NCBI GenBank assembly: GCA_013239625.1
Contig: MU057036.1
Span: 13,511,075-13,575,074 of the forward strand
Reading direction: 5' to 3'
DNA from: Lama guanicoe
Taxonomy: Eukaryota
DNA: 64,000 nt
Shown: positions 1 through 13,845 of the stretch, one piece after another
Numbering within the stretch: position 1 is the first letter of the stretch
Layout of the letters: each line of letters starts with the position of its first letter
Made by a program: the position numbers and the translations under genes
The notes under the pieces: model-generated
Databases searched by the model: none
What the model saw: the letters and a program-made list of their open reading frames with translations, nothing else
Told to the model about the DNA's origin: nothing

Positions 1-1429
1 CCAAGCCGCCTGGAGCATAAAATATGGAAATACAATTTAAAAAAAAAAAAAAACAGGCAAAATTCCAATTTCCTAGTTTAGTCAAAGGCCAATTTTTATT
101 AGTTTGATTTATTATAAACTTTCAGGTATCTTTTAAGCCTTCACAGGTTTCGGGATTTATGTGAACTCAAAAGCAAAGGATATTCTCATAATCCATTAAA
201 TAAATGTCCTATATCTGCCTCCCCCTTCACCTCTAGAATATCGATATCTTTGTCACTACATAATATGAAATACAGCCCTTAGAATGGGCTGTGTATTCTA
301 CTCATTTCTTGAGCTCTCTGGTTAATTTACTACTTAGGATATCAATTTTGGTGGCACCCATTGGGTTATATTGGAAAACGTCCTATTTATTCTCTTGGAA
401 TCAGCTGAGATCACAAAATTGTTTCACATTGGCTTTTATGCTGCTAATATTCACATTTCTTCAAATTCAGATGTTTGAGTTGATAGGCTAGAAGTGAAAT
501 CCATCATTTTCTTACTGATGGTTTTTCTTCTGATGAAATTGAGGGATACATGAAAGTTTACACTTAAGTTGATGATGTTGATTTGTACTTGACACACTTA
601 AAGTGATAGTCCCTCTTTGCTTCACATTTCTCCGCTAATTACAGAGTTTTTATCCAAAATTTTTATGACACTGTTCACTTATAAAAATGCTTTATAGAAC
701 TTTTGGAATGAGGCCACTAACTGTTCCAGCTTTAAAAGCATCCACATAAGTAATAATCCATTCAGTGTTGGTACTTGCTTTTTATTAGTAATTAAAATGA
801 TCTGAAATCAAAATGAGAGTAATAAATAAAGCTCAGTGTCAAAGATCAAGGCAGTAGCGAGATAGTTCAGACTGCTATTAAGAAACCCAAGTGCTTTTTC
901 GGCAAAATTTCTCTGCACAAAATGTATAGAGCCTTTTGAAATTGTTATACATTATGAAAATGTTTATGTTCTTATAAACATTTCCCTGTAATTTTAATTT
1001 AACTCCTTTTGCGAATATGCAGTGATTCTTATATTCCGGCAGAAGAGGCAATTGTGTTTTTGGTGAGGCTTAAGCTGTTATGAGCATCCCGACCTAAAAA
1101 GTGGATTCCTTGATCCTCAGCACACACAGCTACTAAGGGGCACCCAGTACCAAAGAGCTGAGAGAGTGTGGGAAGAAGGTGGGGAGGGCTTGAAAGGACA
1201 AAGGGAGGATGCTCAGGATGAGTGTCTTCCCTTTCTCAATTTTGTTTAGGACTGTTCTAGAAATCAGATGTAATAAAATTAAATTTGCTCTTGTTTAATC
1301 AGTATTATTTGATTGCATCTTCACTATTAACATCAGTAGCTCTCACCTCTTCCCAAGGCCTTTTCTTGTATTCACTCTCCTGAGATTTACTTTCTAGGAT
1401 GCTAGGAGTAGTGATGTGACTACAGATTT

Positions 1430-1915
1430 TTGAGAGCTTTCCATAAGCCAGGTCCTGGAGTGTGTGTTGCAAACAGAATTGTATTTAATGCTCACAGCTA
1501 CTCTGGGAGGTTCTATCATTTGTATTTTACATGTGAGGAAGCTAACGATTAGAAAAGTGTATGACAAATCATCACAAGTTTAGCACCTTCAAACAGCACA
1601 CATTTATTACCTTATCGTCTGCTGAAAAAGAGTTTTATGTAATGTGATATAATCACCGGTTGACATCATGTCATCTCTGCCATGTAATATAACAATTGTA
1701 AGAGTGACATTCTGTCACCTTTGCCATATTCTAGGTTAGAAGCAAGTCATAGGTCTTGCCTGCACTCAAGGCAACGGGATTATAAACAGGAACACCAGAG
1801 GGCAGAGATCATGAGAGGCACCCTGAGGTCTGTCTGCCACATTCAGTAAATTAACCAAGGTCACACATCTACTGGGATTCACAGCCAGATGTTATTGACT
1901 TAAATGTCCATGCCT
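1430..1915 (-). mobile_element. MIR fragment interrupted by a MaLR (MLT1-family) LTR at ~1558-1841
   Basis: MIR motifs (attttacatgtgaggaagct...ccaaggtcacaca) flank MLT1-type sequence (ccatattctaggttagaagcaagtca...gtctgtctgccaca). Confidence 0.65.
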
Positions 1916-2439
1916 TAAGTGCAATATTTTTCCATCTACATAGGATCCAAAAGAAATAAAACGCAACTATATAAGATTGTTGTCTACCTGGACTTTGGTA
2001 GCTCTTCCAAGTATAACCTACGTCTTGTAATTTCTACGTTTGAGGATGTTCTTAATCCTAATCTACTCCTTAAAATAAAATATGTATGTGTTTTCGTGGA
2101 CATCTGTTTAGAAACATAGTAAGTGTAGTGTTGACTTAGACACCAATAGTATTGACGTGAAGGGACTCCCCGTTGCTTTCAATAAAGTAATGAGTGGGGT
2201 CAAGGGAGAGACAAAAGTGGCTTTTCCAATCAAATAATGTATTTATATATTCACTAGGAAGCACAGTGGAACCTGTGTAGTGTTTTTCTGTTTAATAAAA
2301 AAAATGTAGTTGAATTTTTATCATCCGGATCTCTAGTAAAATCATGGCAAATGCATTGTGAACCTCACTTTAAGTTCCTGGAGTATGACCTTGTAACTGG
2401 GAAGTTTAGCTGTCTAGGTATTTTTTTTTTTTTTTTTTT

Positions 2440-2885
2440 NNNNNNNNNNNNNNNNNNNNNNNNNNNNNNNNNNNNNNNNNNNNNNNNNNNNNNNNNNNNN
2501 NNNNNNNNNNNNNNNNNNNNNNNNNNNNNNNNNNNNNNNNNNNNNNNNNNNNNNNNNNNNNNNNNNNNNNNNNNNNNNNNNNNNNNNNNNNNNNNNNNNN
2601 NNNNNNNNNNNNNNNNNNNNNNNNNNNNNNNNNNNNNNNNNNNNNNNNNNNNNNNNNNNNNNNNNNNNNNNNNNNNNNNNNNNNNNNNNNNNNNNNNNNN
2701 NNNNNNNNNNNNNNNNNNNNNNNNNNNNNNNNNNNNNNNNNNNNNNNNNNNNNNNNNNNNNNNNNNNNNNNNNNNNNNNNNNNNNNNNNNNNNNNNNNNN
2801 NNNNNNNNNNNNNNNNNNNNNNNNNNNNNNNNNNNNNNNNNNNNNNNNNNNNNNNNNNNNNNNNNNNNNNNNNNNNNNNNNNNNN
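2440..2885. other. Assembly gap flanked by poly(T) on both sides
   Basis: Run of n; T runs at 2421-2439 and 2886-2908. Confidence 0.99.
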
Positions 2886-4162
2886 TTTTTTTTTTTTTTT
2901 TTTTTTTTAGGACTGGAGGTGAAAAAAACAAAAGGGCTGCAGTTCTTTTTCCCTCCAGATGGTATTTAAAGACCTTCTAGAGAAAGCTCCTCTGTGAGTT
3001 CGTGCCTGTATAGGGGTCTTCAGCTCACTTCGGTTTAGTCTTGTTGGATGCTGACAGAGGGGAGGCCGGAGGCCCCACCGCACACACACGGGGTCATGTT
3101 TTCAAAGAAGGGGAAGATCCTTTCACGGAGGGTGGCTGGCTCTCATATCCACTGTTCTGTTGCCCCTGCTACCTGCCACAGCATCTAGAAAGCTGGGAAA
3201 CAAGAGATCCTCAAACTAAGCCTTCCTGTCTTTTTCTCAAGGAACTGAGGCTGCCTTTCCAATAGGTGAACACGTGGAGAGAGGCCCCCTCTGCTCCTCC
3301 CTGTACCAGGTTTACCTTATGTATTTCCAGGTAGTAATTTCAGTTCAGAAAATCTCTCCTCCGCTTGATGCACTATTTATGGTGTTAAATATACCCTAGT
3401 TTGAGAGACTTTCATTTCTGTGGTATACGAATAATAAGACTTTTCCTTAAGAAGACAGTCTTGTAGCTGAAAAAATAAAAGTATTTCTTCGCTGCACCCT
3501 GAGGTATTTATTCATGTAGCTAATTGTAATTTGTTCCTTTTTTCCAGTTTAATAATTGCTTTTTAGTTTTGCATAAATCACGTTAAAATGAGAACTTTTT
3601 GTTATTTAATATTATTTCAAAGCGTGAGAAAAGAAGAAATCTGTACAGTAAAGAATAGGTGAATAAGTATCAAATGAACTGTCTCTTTTCTCTAGGGAAA
3701 GAAAAACATAACAGTCAGGAAAAAACAAAACTCTGAAGTTCAAAGCAGGAGGTATGGGGGTCACTTGAAACATAATTCACTTTCCTGCACTAATACTGGC
3801 CCCTTTCAGTTTCAGAATATGGTAGAGAGAATGGATGAGTTAAGCAAGAGGCTGCAGAGGGTAGTTGTGAGAGGGAAGTGCTTTTCACCAGCTGGCAGAT
3901 CATGACTGGGGTCTCCAACCTCGTCCTGGTAAGAAGAGCCCATCCTTCCAAGGGGAAGAATCATTTTGTTTCATTATTTACTACATTCCCAGGGTCCCAC
4001 ATCATTTTTGGGCTTCCTGGGGTTCTTCTGTTAGCTCCGCAGACAAGAGTAGGTGTGCGGCTGTGTGCTTTGCACAGGGGCCCAGGCCAGCAGCGCTTAG
4101 GGTAATCTACCTCAGTGCTCTGTTTTGCTTCTCTTTTTGCACACAAGCATGGCTATTAAGTC

Positions 4163-4639
4163 TGGATCAGCCGCAGTCCCAACAGGAAACAGATGCCACT
4201 CGCAAATGAGGATAATTCCAGGAGGGTTTATTTACAAAGGGACTATTTACAAAGTAGAATCACGAAGAGTGGTGCAGTAACCTGGTTTGATAATGGTGGT
4301 GCTGTTATCATTCCTAGACCTGAAAGGAAGAAGGCGGAACAGTTTTCAGAAAACAGAGAGACTTGGGAAGGCCAGTGTGGTCAAGGGATAGGGCTACCAG
4401 GTGCCACCTCGCAGGAGGGGAGCCAAGGGCATGTACATCCTGACCTTCCTGTCCCTCCGTGGCCTTCCAGCCTGCTGCCGGGGTCTCCACCGTAGGAACC
4501 CAGCTAAAAGTCAGAGGAGGACAGAGGAGCCCCTGGGTGTCTTCCACACAGCTCAGCCCCCCAGGGGCAGAAGGCCAAGGTGGGGAAGAGTAGAGTGCGG
4601 GATCAGGAGGAGTGAATAGGATCCGGTATATTTGGCACA
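4163..4639 (-). mobile_element. LTR33-like ERVL solo LTR
   Basis: Reverse complement follows the recalled LTR33 consensus (TGTGC...ctttgtaaatagtccctttgtaaataaacc...gagtggcatctgtttcctgttgggactg...tgatcca). Confidence 0.8.
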
Positions 4640-5249
4640 AATTCCAACATACGGAAATTAGGATCTTGAAATGTGTTTTCTATGGCTATGGTCATCAGAA
4701 TAGATTAATAGCAAATATTTAGTACTTATGAGGCATTGGAGCTTTGAGAGCCTTACTTTTTTGAATTTGGAAGGCAGGGAAAACAGAAAACAACTCACTC
4801 ATTAGTAGGGCCGATGTCAAAGCAAAGGGACAGATTTCTGTATGCAGCCTAGTCATTTTCTTTCAGCGTTACCTTTAATTAGAAACTACTAGGACAATTG
4901 GATGACTAGTCTGGCATGTGGCACTTAAGCAACTGGACTTTTTAAATTAGAGCGTCTGTTAGATACAGGTCAGTATCTCAGTGTTGGAGTTCTGTGGAAT
5001 GGAGGGTTTCAGACACAGAGAGAGAGTCTCGAAAACATTTGCAAAGTGATACCTAGACAAGTTTAGGCTGATACAGATGAAAGCAGGTATGTAAGTGCCG
5101 ACGGATCACTTCCAGAGTGCAAAACTGTAGATCATGATATCGGGTGTGTTCTTGAGATGTCATCTTTTACAGGTGTTTGGTTCTGTGTTCCTTTTTCCTC
5201 ACCATGTCATAATGCTTTCAGGTACGGGCATTTTAAGAATCAGGTGGAA

Positions 5250-6220
5250 GAGACACCCTAAAAAGAGTGAAAGGACAAGTCATAGAGGGGAGGAGACATT
5301 TGCAACACTTATAAATTACCAAGGATTAAGATTCATTGTATATATCAAATATATAAAGGACACCTGCAAATCAATAAAAATAAGACAAGTAATTGTAGGG
5401 GAAAAAAGATTAGAACCAGCACTTCACCAAAAAGAAATAAACATTTGGGAATGAGCTTCATTAAATAGAGAAATGTTAATTAAAACTACAATGAGATATA
5501 ATTGCATATCAACTGTTGGCAAAAAATTTAAAGATCTAATCATTTCAAGTATCAATAAAAATGCGAGATTTTCGTATAGTTGGAGATAAGTGATATAACC
5601 ATTTTGAAAAACAACTTAGCATTCTAGTTCAGTCAACGATGTGATCTCTGAAGACAGAGCAGCTCTCCAGGGTAATTACCCTAGAAAGTGATTTGTACGT
5701 GTCCTCCGGAATACCCATGAAGAATTTCACAGCAATGGGTCATTCCAGCCAATACCTGGAAGTCATCCAAATATTCATCAAGAGTAATAGGGGTAAATAC
5801 ATTGTGGTATAGTCATACAATAAATTACTCTCTGGCAATGAAAATAAATGAACCTTAGCTATATGCTAGGACTTGGATAAATTGCAAAAAAGTGTTGAGT
5901 AAACAAAGCAGGACCAAGGGATATATATGTATTTATGTATTTTATATTAAGTGAAAAGGTAGATAAAAAGAAAGTTTACACTTTTTTTTATGTTTAGGCA
6001 AGCATTCTTTATCAGTAATTCTTTAAGGAAAAAGAAAGGAAATCACTACAAAAGGACAATGGTTATCTCTGGTGGAGAAGATTGGGGTTGTATTGGGGAA
6101 AAGGCTCATAAAGAAGGTTTTCTAGGTTGTTAGTAAGTTGCATTTCTTCCACAGGGGGTGGTTACACTGGTTTTAATTGGTACATATTAAATGGTACACA
6201 TATGACTATAAAGTTTTCTT
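5250..6220 (+). mobile_element. Ancient L1 (L1ME-like) ORF2 end and 3' UTR
   Basis: Degenerate L1 motifs: aattaaaactacaatgagata, aaatacattgtggtatagtcatacaat, aatgaaaataaatgaac. Confidence 0.8.
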
Positions 6221-7339
6221 TCTGCTAAAAATAGATTAACAACTTTTTGAAAATCTGTTGACTCTCCATTCTCCATGTTCTGCAATTTGGTGATTGATTC
6301 TGCCTGTCTCCCAAGGGTGTTTGAAGGCACTATTTTAAAATTTCAGATTGCGCTTAGTGGTTGAGAAGTTAACATGACTAGCATAACAAGGTGAATACAT
6401 AATAAATATCCATTAGATTTGCGTATTTCTTCCCTTCTGGCATGTGAAAGCAAAGCCACGCTTAAGGTCTACATGAGAAACCTATTGTTATGACAAAGAA
6501 AATCAATGCTGCTACTGATAGCTAAATTCTAAAGAGTAAGATAGATGAGGTGAGGCTTTAACACGAGGTAGTTTGGATTAAAAAAATAATAATAACAGGA
6601 TCAGAGCTGAAGGTAGGGAAGAGAAGCTTCCTGTCTCCCAGGCAAATATTAGGAGCCAGTTCACTAGAATTTTTGGTTTTGTTATTGAAAGGTTTAATCT
6701 GAGTTACTATTAATAAAGAAAATGGGAGAAGTGAAGAGGCTCCCATGGAAATGGTCAGATGCCTTTCTTTTTATAACTCCTCCAGCTGCTTTGGGAATTC
6801 TTGGACCCTTAGACTTTTTTTTTCCCTGCATTTTTCCCAGGAAGTAGCACACAGACAATTAGCCAGCCAGTCTGAGTTACTGGCATCATCCTTGGGAGAT
6901 CTTATGAGGCCAAAATTCTAGTGGGCTTTCAGGGGAGTGTGTTTGCCATAGGTGTGGTTGCTCCCTAGAGAATTTATCCATTCTGTACTTAAAGGCAGCT
7001 CACCCACTGCCTAAATGCAGTGTGAATTAAAAACCAAAACAAAACACCAAAAAAAAAAAAAACCCTGTGAATTTAGTACCTGTAACAATGACAAGATCAT
7101 GCAGTTATGCAGTTGAATTTTAGAATGTTTATTACCAATCCTTTTTTCTTATGTATGAGAACCTGATTGTGATGTAACATCATAAATATATGTTTATATA
7201 TATTAACTAAATGTACTATTAGTTTCCAGTCTTTCTGATGTCTATAAAACAGAATTTGAATAATAAAGGATAGGAAGGAAAAATCTGGTCATTTAGCGAA
7301 CTCTCCTCCATTTTGGAAGGAAGCCTCCTTTGCATCTGG

Positions 7340-7470
7340 GCTTCTCAGGATCACCTGAGGACCCTGTGCAGGGCAGATGCTAACTGAGCAGTCTGAGGCA
7401 GGACCTGAGGTTCTGCATCTCTAACCAGCTCCCGAATGATCCAGCAACCTGTCTCTGAGGAGCAGGAACA
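7340..7470. mobile_element. MER5A-like hAT-Charlie fragment
   Basis: gcagtctgaggcaggacctgaggttctgcatctctaaccagctccc resembles the MER5A core. Confidence 0.55.
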
Positions 7471-7667
7471 CAGTGAACGTGTGGCCCCGGCTCATCCAAT
7501 CAGACAGGATGCTCAGGATGCACCTGAGATGGGTTCTTCCCTGTAGTCTGTCTTCATGTTTCAAGGTTCTCATTGTGGCTACTTGTCTGTGGTTTTCTAA
7601 GGTTTTAAAGGAAATAGAAATCATTGAGCCTGGACCTGATTTTGTTCTGAGCTAATTAAGAGACCAG

Positions 7668-7966
7668 GGAGATGCTGAACAGAAGGTACCCACTTCCAGT
7701 TATAAGACGAAGTTCTGGGGATGTGCAGCATGGTGACTATAGTTAACAATACTGTCTTACATATTTGAAAATTGCTAAGAACTGATCTTAAGTGTTCTCA
7801 CCACACTCAGGAAAGGTAACTAACTGTAGTGAGATGACGGATGTGTTAATCAGCTTGATGGCAGTAATCATTTCACAACATATATGTGTATCAAACCAGC
7901 ATGGTTGTATACTTTAAATATATACCATCTTCATTTGTCAGTTATACCTCAGTAAAGCTGGAAAAG
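7668..7966 (+). mobile_element. L1 3' UTR fragment (L1MA9/L1MB-like)
   Basis: cagcatggtgactatagttaacaatactg...gtaatcatttcacaac...ttatacctcagtaaagctgg, a typical L1 3' end. Confidence 0.85.
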
Positions 7967-9293
7967 TTTTTTAAAATTTATTTCACAAAATATTTTTAAA
8001 TTGCTGAATTAAATTATTTCCAATGTCTTCTAGCCCCGAGGCCCCTTAGCTCATAAATAATAGAACACTCTGATGTGGATTTTCATCATGACAAATGTGA
8101 CCCTGTCTTTTTTCTGTTTTCTAAATCTCCTCACAAAAAGTGTTTTTCTTTGTCTCCCTCTTTAATAAGTTTTCCTATTCGTTTCCCAAGGACACTGAGA
8201 AATGTTTCTCTTTTGCTTTAAGAATAATGCTCTTCTGTTCCATTGTTCTTTTTATGAATATTGATGTGTCCACGAAGACTACTAATCTATTATTACAAAA
8301 CCTGTACTAAATGTCTAGCCATATTTACCTCATGTTTTATTTTCAAGAAAAGGAAAAAAAATCCAAAAATGAAGTCTTGTTATAGCGTCGTAAATCTCTT
8401 TTTATATACGTAAATTGTCTGAAGTTCCCGAAACATGGTAATATAAGCACAGACTGTCATATAACTTGTCTTATTATATGGCTTGGTTTGAAATAAGCTG
8501 TGAAATAAAACTTGTGCCAGACAGCTGCTCTAAAAATTAACTTTTCTTAAGGAGGCAAAATGATTGTCATGATTAATTGCCTTAAAGAAATTTGTTTGCT
8601 TAATTAAAACAATTATTAAAAATTCCTTAATGGAAGATTCTCCTAAGAGTTTACTCTCTAATCTAAAAGTACTGGATTAATGAATAGTTCTGTTTATGGA
8701 TTAGGGTATGTACTGATAATATTAGGGTTTTTTTTCCAGCCTTGTGGTACATTGAGTGAAAATACGTTTCTAAACATTGATGCATAACATGGTCTGTGAC
8801 CTGTAAAGTTGACAGTCAGAGGCTCCAAATAGAGAACATTTTGTAGCATCTTAATTCTAGCGGCCAGGGCACTTAGAATTGACTCCGGACCCCAGCTATG
8901 TCATGAGACCAACTCTGGCCAGCCAGCTTCTTTGTGTGCTTCTGTGTCTTTCCCAGGGCCAGAGTTTCCACTGATTTTTCAAAGCATTTCTCAGCAGCTA
9001 CTGGGAATCTAAGTGAATAGATGGTACTGGGTCATCTCTTACCCAGATAATTGCATTCCCCTGAGTTTAAACTTAGTTAAAATCGTTGGTTTCTGAGATA
9101 GGGTCTTAGTTCCCGTGATACGCGACTAAAGATGGCTTCATTTTCAAATTATTAATGATAATCTAGTGGTGTTATATTAAGTTCTTTCTGGAATAGATGC
9201 CTGCGTGGCTGCAGTCAGGCTCACGTACACTGAGATCTCAGTCGATCTGGGTCCCAAACACCTCTGCTGTGCTGACTTCCGCATGTGATCCCG

Positions 9294-9507
9294 CGGTGGT
9301 GTGCTGGAGCCGCCTTCCACCAGCCCTGGGCGGCTGATCACGCATCTCTTCCCAGCTCCACCATCTGCTGTCTCACGTGGTAGCTTGAAATGGGCCAGGC
9401 TGAGGGTGATTTCACCACTGAAATGGGCACACTCCATAAATCATAGCTTCCCCTCCCATCCCCAGCCTCTGAGAACCAGTTGTTAAACACTCACTTGCCC
9501 ACGATTG
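9294..9507 (+). mobile_element. MER63-like hAT DNA transposon
   Basis: Begins cggtggtgtgctggagcc, contains catctcttcccagctcc and ggtagcttgaaat, ends gttgttaaaca...cacgattg. Confidence 0.7.
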
Positions 9508-11029
9508 TCCCTAAACACTGAATTCCACTCAGAGTGATTAGATTAAAGTCTCCGAATTTCCTTGGCTGTGGTCTCCTGCAGTCTGTGCCAATCATGAGCA
9601 CCCTTCTCTGAGGATGTTTGAAAGTTTCTTCCTGGCAGCAGCAAAGGAAAATTCACTCTAAGAAGTGGGAAAGGTAAAAGCACAACTATTGATACAAAGA
9701 ATTTATGAAAACGCCCCTGGTTTCTGTTGTCCCTGCGTTGGACTTTGCTTAGTGCACTGTTTTCAATGGTCCCCCGTCAAGTGCTTGAACTCATTAGCTC
9801 CAATTAGCCAGCCTCTTTAGGCACCAAGAATAAACACACTTTAAGCACAAAACATGCATTGTAAATGATGGAGATACTCCAACTGTTAAGCATTTTAAGT
9901 GTTAACGATTCTAGATTTCACATGTCTCCTTGAGACAGCAAATTCCTTAGACATCTGAGAGGATATATTTTAAAAGCTTTGAATGGTTTAAAGGAATAGA
10001 AATATTTTGGCATTTGTTGAACAGTTATAGTTTAAGTCGAATTGCTTTACCAGATACGAGTGTGCGTGCGTGTGGATCTGCTTGCGTCTTTGGTCCTGAC
10101 TGCTGGCTGATTGTGTAAAACAGACAGAAAAACTTGGATTAGAAAATGAAAGAGCCGTCTTATCGGCAGCTACTGCTCTGGTGCAGATGAAGTATGTTCT
10201 GCAACTTTAACTTAAAAAACTCGACGTTGGATTTCCAAGCTGTATTTTAAGTCAGGCCCTATGATGTGCCACATTGTGAGTACATGGAAAGATGCTTTTC
10301 CGATGTCCTGTTAATAGGTCTCTTGTGCTGGAAATAAGGGGTTTGTTTTCAAAATTAAAGGTGTCGTTCTTCCCTCTTATGATTTGCCATCCATTCATTA
10401 TTATTTGCCGTTCATGGGTCTTTCAGTCATTGCTTGCTGATGTGATTCCAAGACAAAGATGTAACAATGAAGCTAATTTCTAAATTCTGCTGCCACAGGT
10501 ACCTGCCAGAAGCTCTGAATCCTCCCATAAAGAATCCTATTCATAGGGGTTTCTTAAGTAAATATAATTCTGCTATCACTCAGTTTGTTTATAATTTTTT
10601 GGTTAGGGAATTGAGTTCCCTCATGCTCTAAGGTAGCGTATTTCCCCTGAAGGTTCTTAGATTTCAGGAGCTAATAGCGTATTTCTGTGCTATTCTTTAA
10701 TATCCATAGTGTAAGCAGGGTGTAAATAGTACATTTATGATTTAGCACTAAATGTATTTAAAAATCACTCATCCACCAATATTCTTATGACAGTTGAACG
10801 TTGTTATACTCAGAGATTAATGTAATTCCACATATGGGAAATTTATATACTAACTTTATTTCTCTGTCAGTATCAAAGTGCTTTCCATAAATATTCAGAA
10901 ACAGATGATGTGACTTCGGGTTACCTAATAATTACCCCTCTAAAATCTAAATACCTAGCTTGAGCCTGACTCCAGAAAAGTGGAGTTATGGTGATAAAAC
11001 TATAATTTGCAAGTGATTCCTAATTGTTC

Positions 11030-11515
11030 ATCCTTTCCACTCTTGACCTTTTGCACTCTATTTTCCATATAGAATCAGAGTAGTGTTTTTAAAGCATAAA
11101 AAAAAATCACATCACTTCTTGACTCAAAACCCTGCTTTTCCCATTGTAATTAGAATATGGCCCCTGCTCTCCTAGAGCCCTCCCTTGAATCTACCTCCCA
11201 CTTCGTTCCTCCTCTTTTAGCTATTAGTTTTTAGCCACTTCGGCCTCAGGGCCTTTGCACTTGATGTTGCTTTGGCCTGGAACACTGTTGCCCCTTATTG
11301 TTCTCTGGCTTCTCTCCTTTATGGTCAAAGAAATCCACCTTACCATTGTAGGTCAAATGCCCCCATCCAGTTAACCTTTTATTCCATTACCCTACTTATT
11401 TCCATGCAGACTTACCAATTTACTCATTTTGATATTTTCCATCTCTTCCTGTTGCTAGAATGTAAGTCCATGAAATGATTATTCCTTGTTTACAGCCGTA
11501 TCCCTCACAGTGACA
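11030..11515 (+). mobile_element. L2 3' fragment
   Basis: cctcagggcctttgcacttg...gcctggaacactg...ctagaatgtaagtccatga. Confidence 0.75.
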
Positions 11516-11725
11516 ATGACAGATCAACTTAGGGAAAGACATGCAGGGAGGTGGGAGAAACGCGAGTTTAGGGAATCACAGAGCAGCTGGATTAGTTGGG
11601 TTCAGGTAGTAAACATCACATCCATGTCTGAAAGAAATTCTCCAGCCAAAATCTTCTTAAAAACAGTAAGATTGTTAAACAGCAAATGTGAAATATAAGT
11701 CTCAAACATTGAGGGTCACCTGTAG

Positions 11726-12195
11726 CAGTATTTCTCAAACCTTTGGTCTCAGGATTCTTTCACATTCTTAAGAATTCTCCAGAATCCCAAAGGGCTTTGG
11801 TTTATGTAGGTTTTGATACCTGTGGATGCTTACCACATTAGAAATTAAAACTCAGAAAATTTATTAATTCTCTTAGCATAGCAAATAATAAACCCATTAT
11901 GTTAACATAAATAATACATATTTTTGAAAATTTAATTGTCTTTTGGAAAACTACAAAATACACTGAGAGAGTGGCATTGTTTTACAGTTTTGTAAGTCTC
12001 TTTTATGTCACATTAACAGGAGAGACATGCATTGTCATGTCTCAGTCTGTCGGGAAGTTACTTTTTTGTAGCATCTGGAGAACTCCACTGTACACTTGTG
12101 GAGGAATGAGAGAAAAAGGAAGATACGTCTTAGACGTTCTATGAAAAGATGTTGACCTTGCACATCCCCTGATTGGACCCCATGAGAGAACTGCT
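11726..12195 (+). mobile_element. MER119-like hAT-Charlie element
   Basis: cagtatttctcaaacctttggtctcagga...ttagaaattaaaactcagaaa...gagaactgctg, with TIR-like ends. Confidence 0.7.
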
Positions 12196-12893
12196 GAGCT
12201 GGGGTTTGAGTAAGACGTAAACTGCAAATGTGTCGTGTCCCAGCTGCTCCTCACAGGTCTCAGGACTCATTATGCACCTGGCTTGTCAGAGTGGGACGAG
12301 CCCTCAACTTAATGAGATTGTGTTCCCAACTTTGGAGATCAGTCTTTTGTAACTTCAAGTACATCTTTCTATAGAAACACTGTTACAGATTGTTATTACC
12401 TTCCTGGGAAAAAGTTTATAGCATCCAATTTAGCACCTTTGCTCTTTTAAGACAACCCTGAGTGCGTCCTGCAGTAGACCCTGGCCCTTTCATAACAGTG
12501 TTTCTTTGAGAGGAGTCATCCCTCATTCCTGTCTGAGATGCCACAGTCACATTGCACAGAAACTTTGCATCAATTTTCCTACATTGTCTTTAGTACAGCA
12601 CAGTGTCTGGGTACTACCATTTCAGCCCGAGCTGCAGGCAGTACAACAGAGGGGTTGAAAGCGTTCACATATGTTTGGAAGCAGAGCGGATTCATGTTGA
12701 AATAGCTGTTCTACATACTGGCCACATAACCTGGGGAGAAAGTTACCTTAAGTGTGAGCCTCTCTTTTTCTTACAAGGTTGTTTTGAAGAGTTAACGAGT
12801 AGAGAAAGCAGTGAAAGGAAATTCTGAGTGATTAGAAACCGGTTAATTAAAGGAATGTGAATAATGCAGAGCACTAGCATCAGCATTTTTAAA

Positions 12894-13123
12894 AAATTGA
12901 AGTATAGTCAGTTTACAGTGTTGTTGCAATTTCCGGTGTATGGCACCATGTTTCAGTCATGCATATACATACATTTATTCATTTTCATATTCTTTTTCAC
13001 TATAGGTTACTACAAGATATTCAGTATAGTTCCCTTGTAGTTTATCTATTTTATATATCCTAGTTACTATTTGCAAATCTCAAACTCCCAATTTATTCCT
13101 TCCCACCTCTTTCCCACCTAGCC
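12894..13123 (-). mobile_element. Young 5'-truncated L1 3' end (camelid/artiodactyl type) with 18-bp TSD
   Basis: ttgaagtatagtcagtttacagtg... is the L1 3' UTR; TSD agcatcagcatttttaaa at 12876-12893 and 13124-13141. Confidence 0.88.
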
Positions 13124-13796
13124 AGCATCAGCATTTTTAAAGCTTTTCCACGTGGTTCTCAACTGCATCCAATGCCAAGGAATGAATAAATTATTAGTAT
13201 TTTGGTAGGACTCCATAGAGAAACTAGTGCAACAGTAGAACAGAGCTACTGCAGTGACCCCATCTTTGCCTGGGGACAGAAAAACACTTCATTGGATACA
13301 TTAAAAACCCCTCCCCTCTGTGCCCATATACACCATTTTTTTTCCAATTCAAAAAAATATACTTTGTGGGTTGATTTTATAAGCCAGTTGATCTTTACCC
13401 AGGGCCTGGTGATCTTCTTTTGACCAGGGTTACAAAAGCCTGGGTTGTAAATGATCTCTTCAAATCCGGAGTGATATCACAAGAATTTTGTTTGAAAGCT
13501 ACCTAGGAATTATTTAGCCTTACAGTATTGGGACTAATGGTGTCACTGAGCAACAGATTAATAGACATGTGCTTGTGTTGATATTACTGTTCTCTGTCTA
13601 ATGGCTTCTTCATTAACTCATGACTGTGGTCTTAATTGGGGGCCGTTAATATGTAAGGATGGTGTTTTTGAGTCTGGCAATGTGATAAATCGTGTCTGTT
13701 TTTATTCCCTGAAGCTAATAGATTTTTGGTTTTAAAACTCATTAAGCAGCCGTACAGAAGACAATTAAAGTCACCATCAGTCTGAGCTCAGAAAAG

Positions 13797-13845
13797 GCAC
13801 ACTGCCCTGGAAGGGACGCACACTGCCCTGGAAGGGGCGCACACT
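13797..13845. repeat. 21-bp tandem duplication at a MIR edge
   Basis: gcacactgccctggaaggg(a/g)c twice, plus gcacact. Confidence 0.9.

Noticed and set aside
2351-2980. Long X-containing ORFs (also near 16859-17303, 23493-23942 and 26259-26816)
   Set aside because: Artefacts of reading through N gaps.
3696-3751. 56-nt exon-like segment (tctctag|...GAG|gtatgg)
   Set aside because: Not frame-preserving and no similarity to INPP4B; probably a pseudo-exon.
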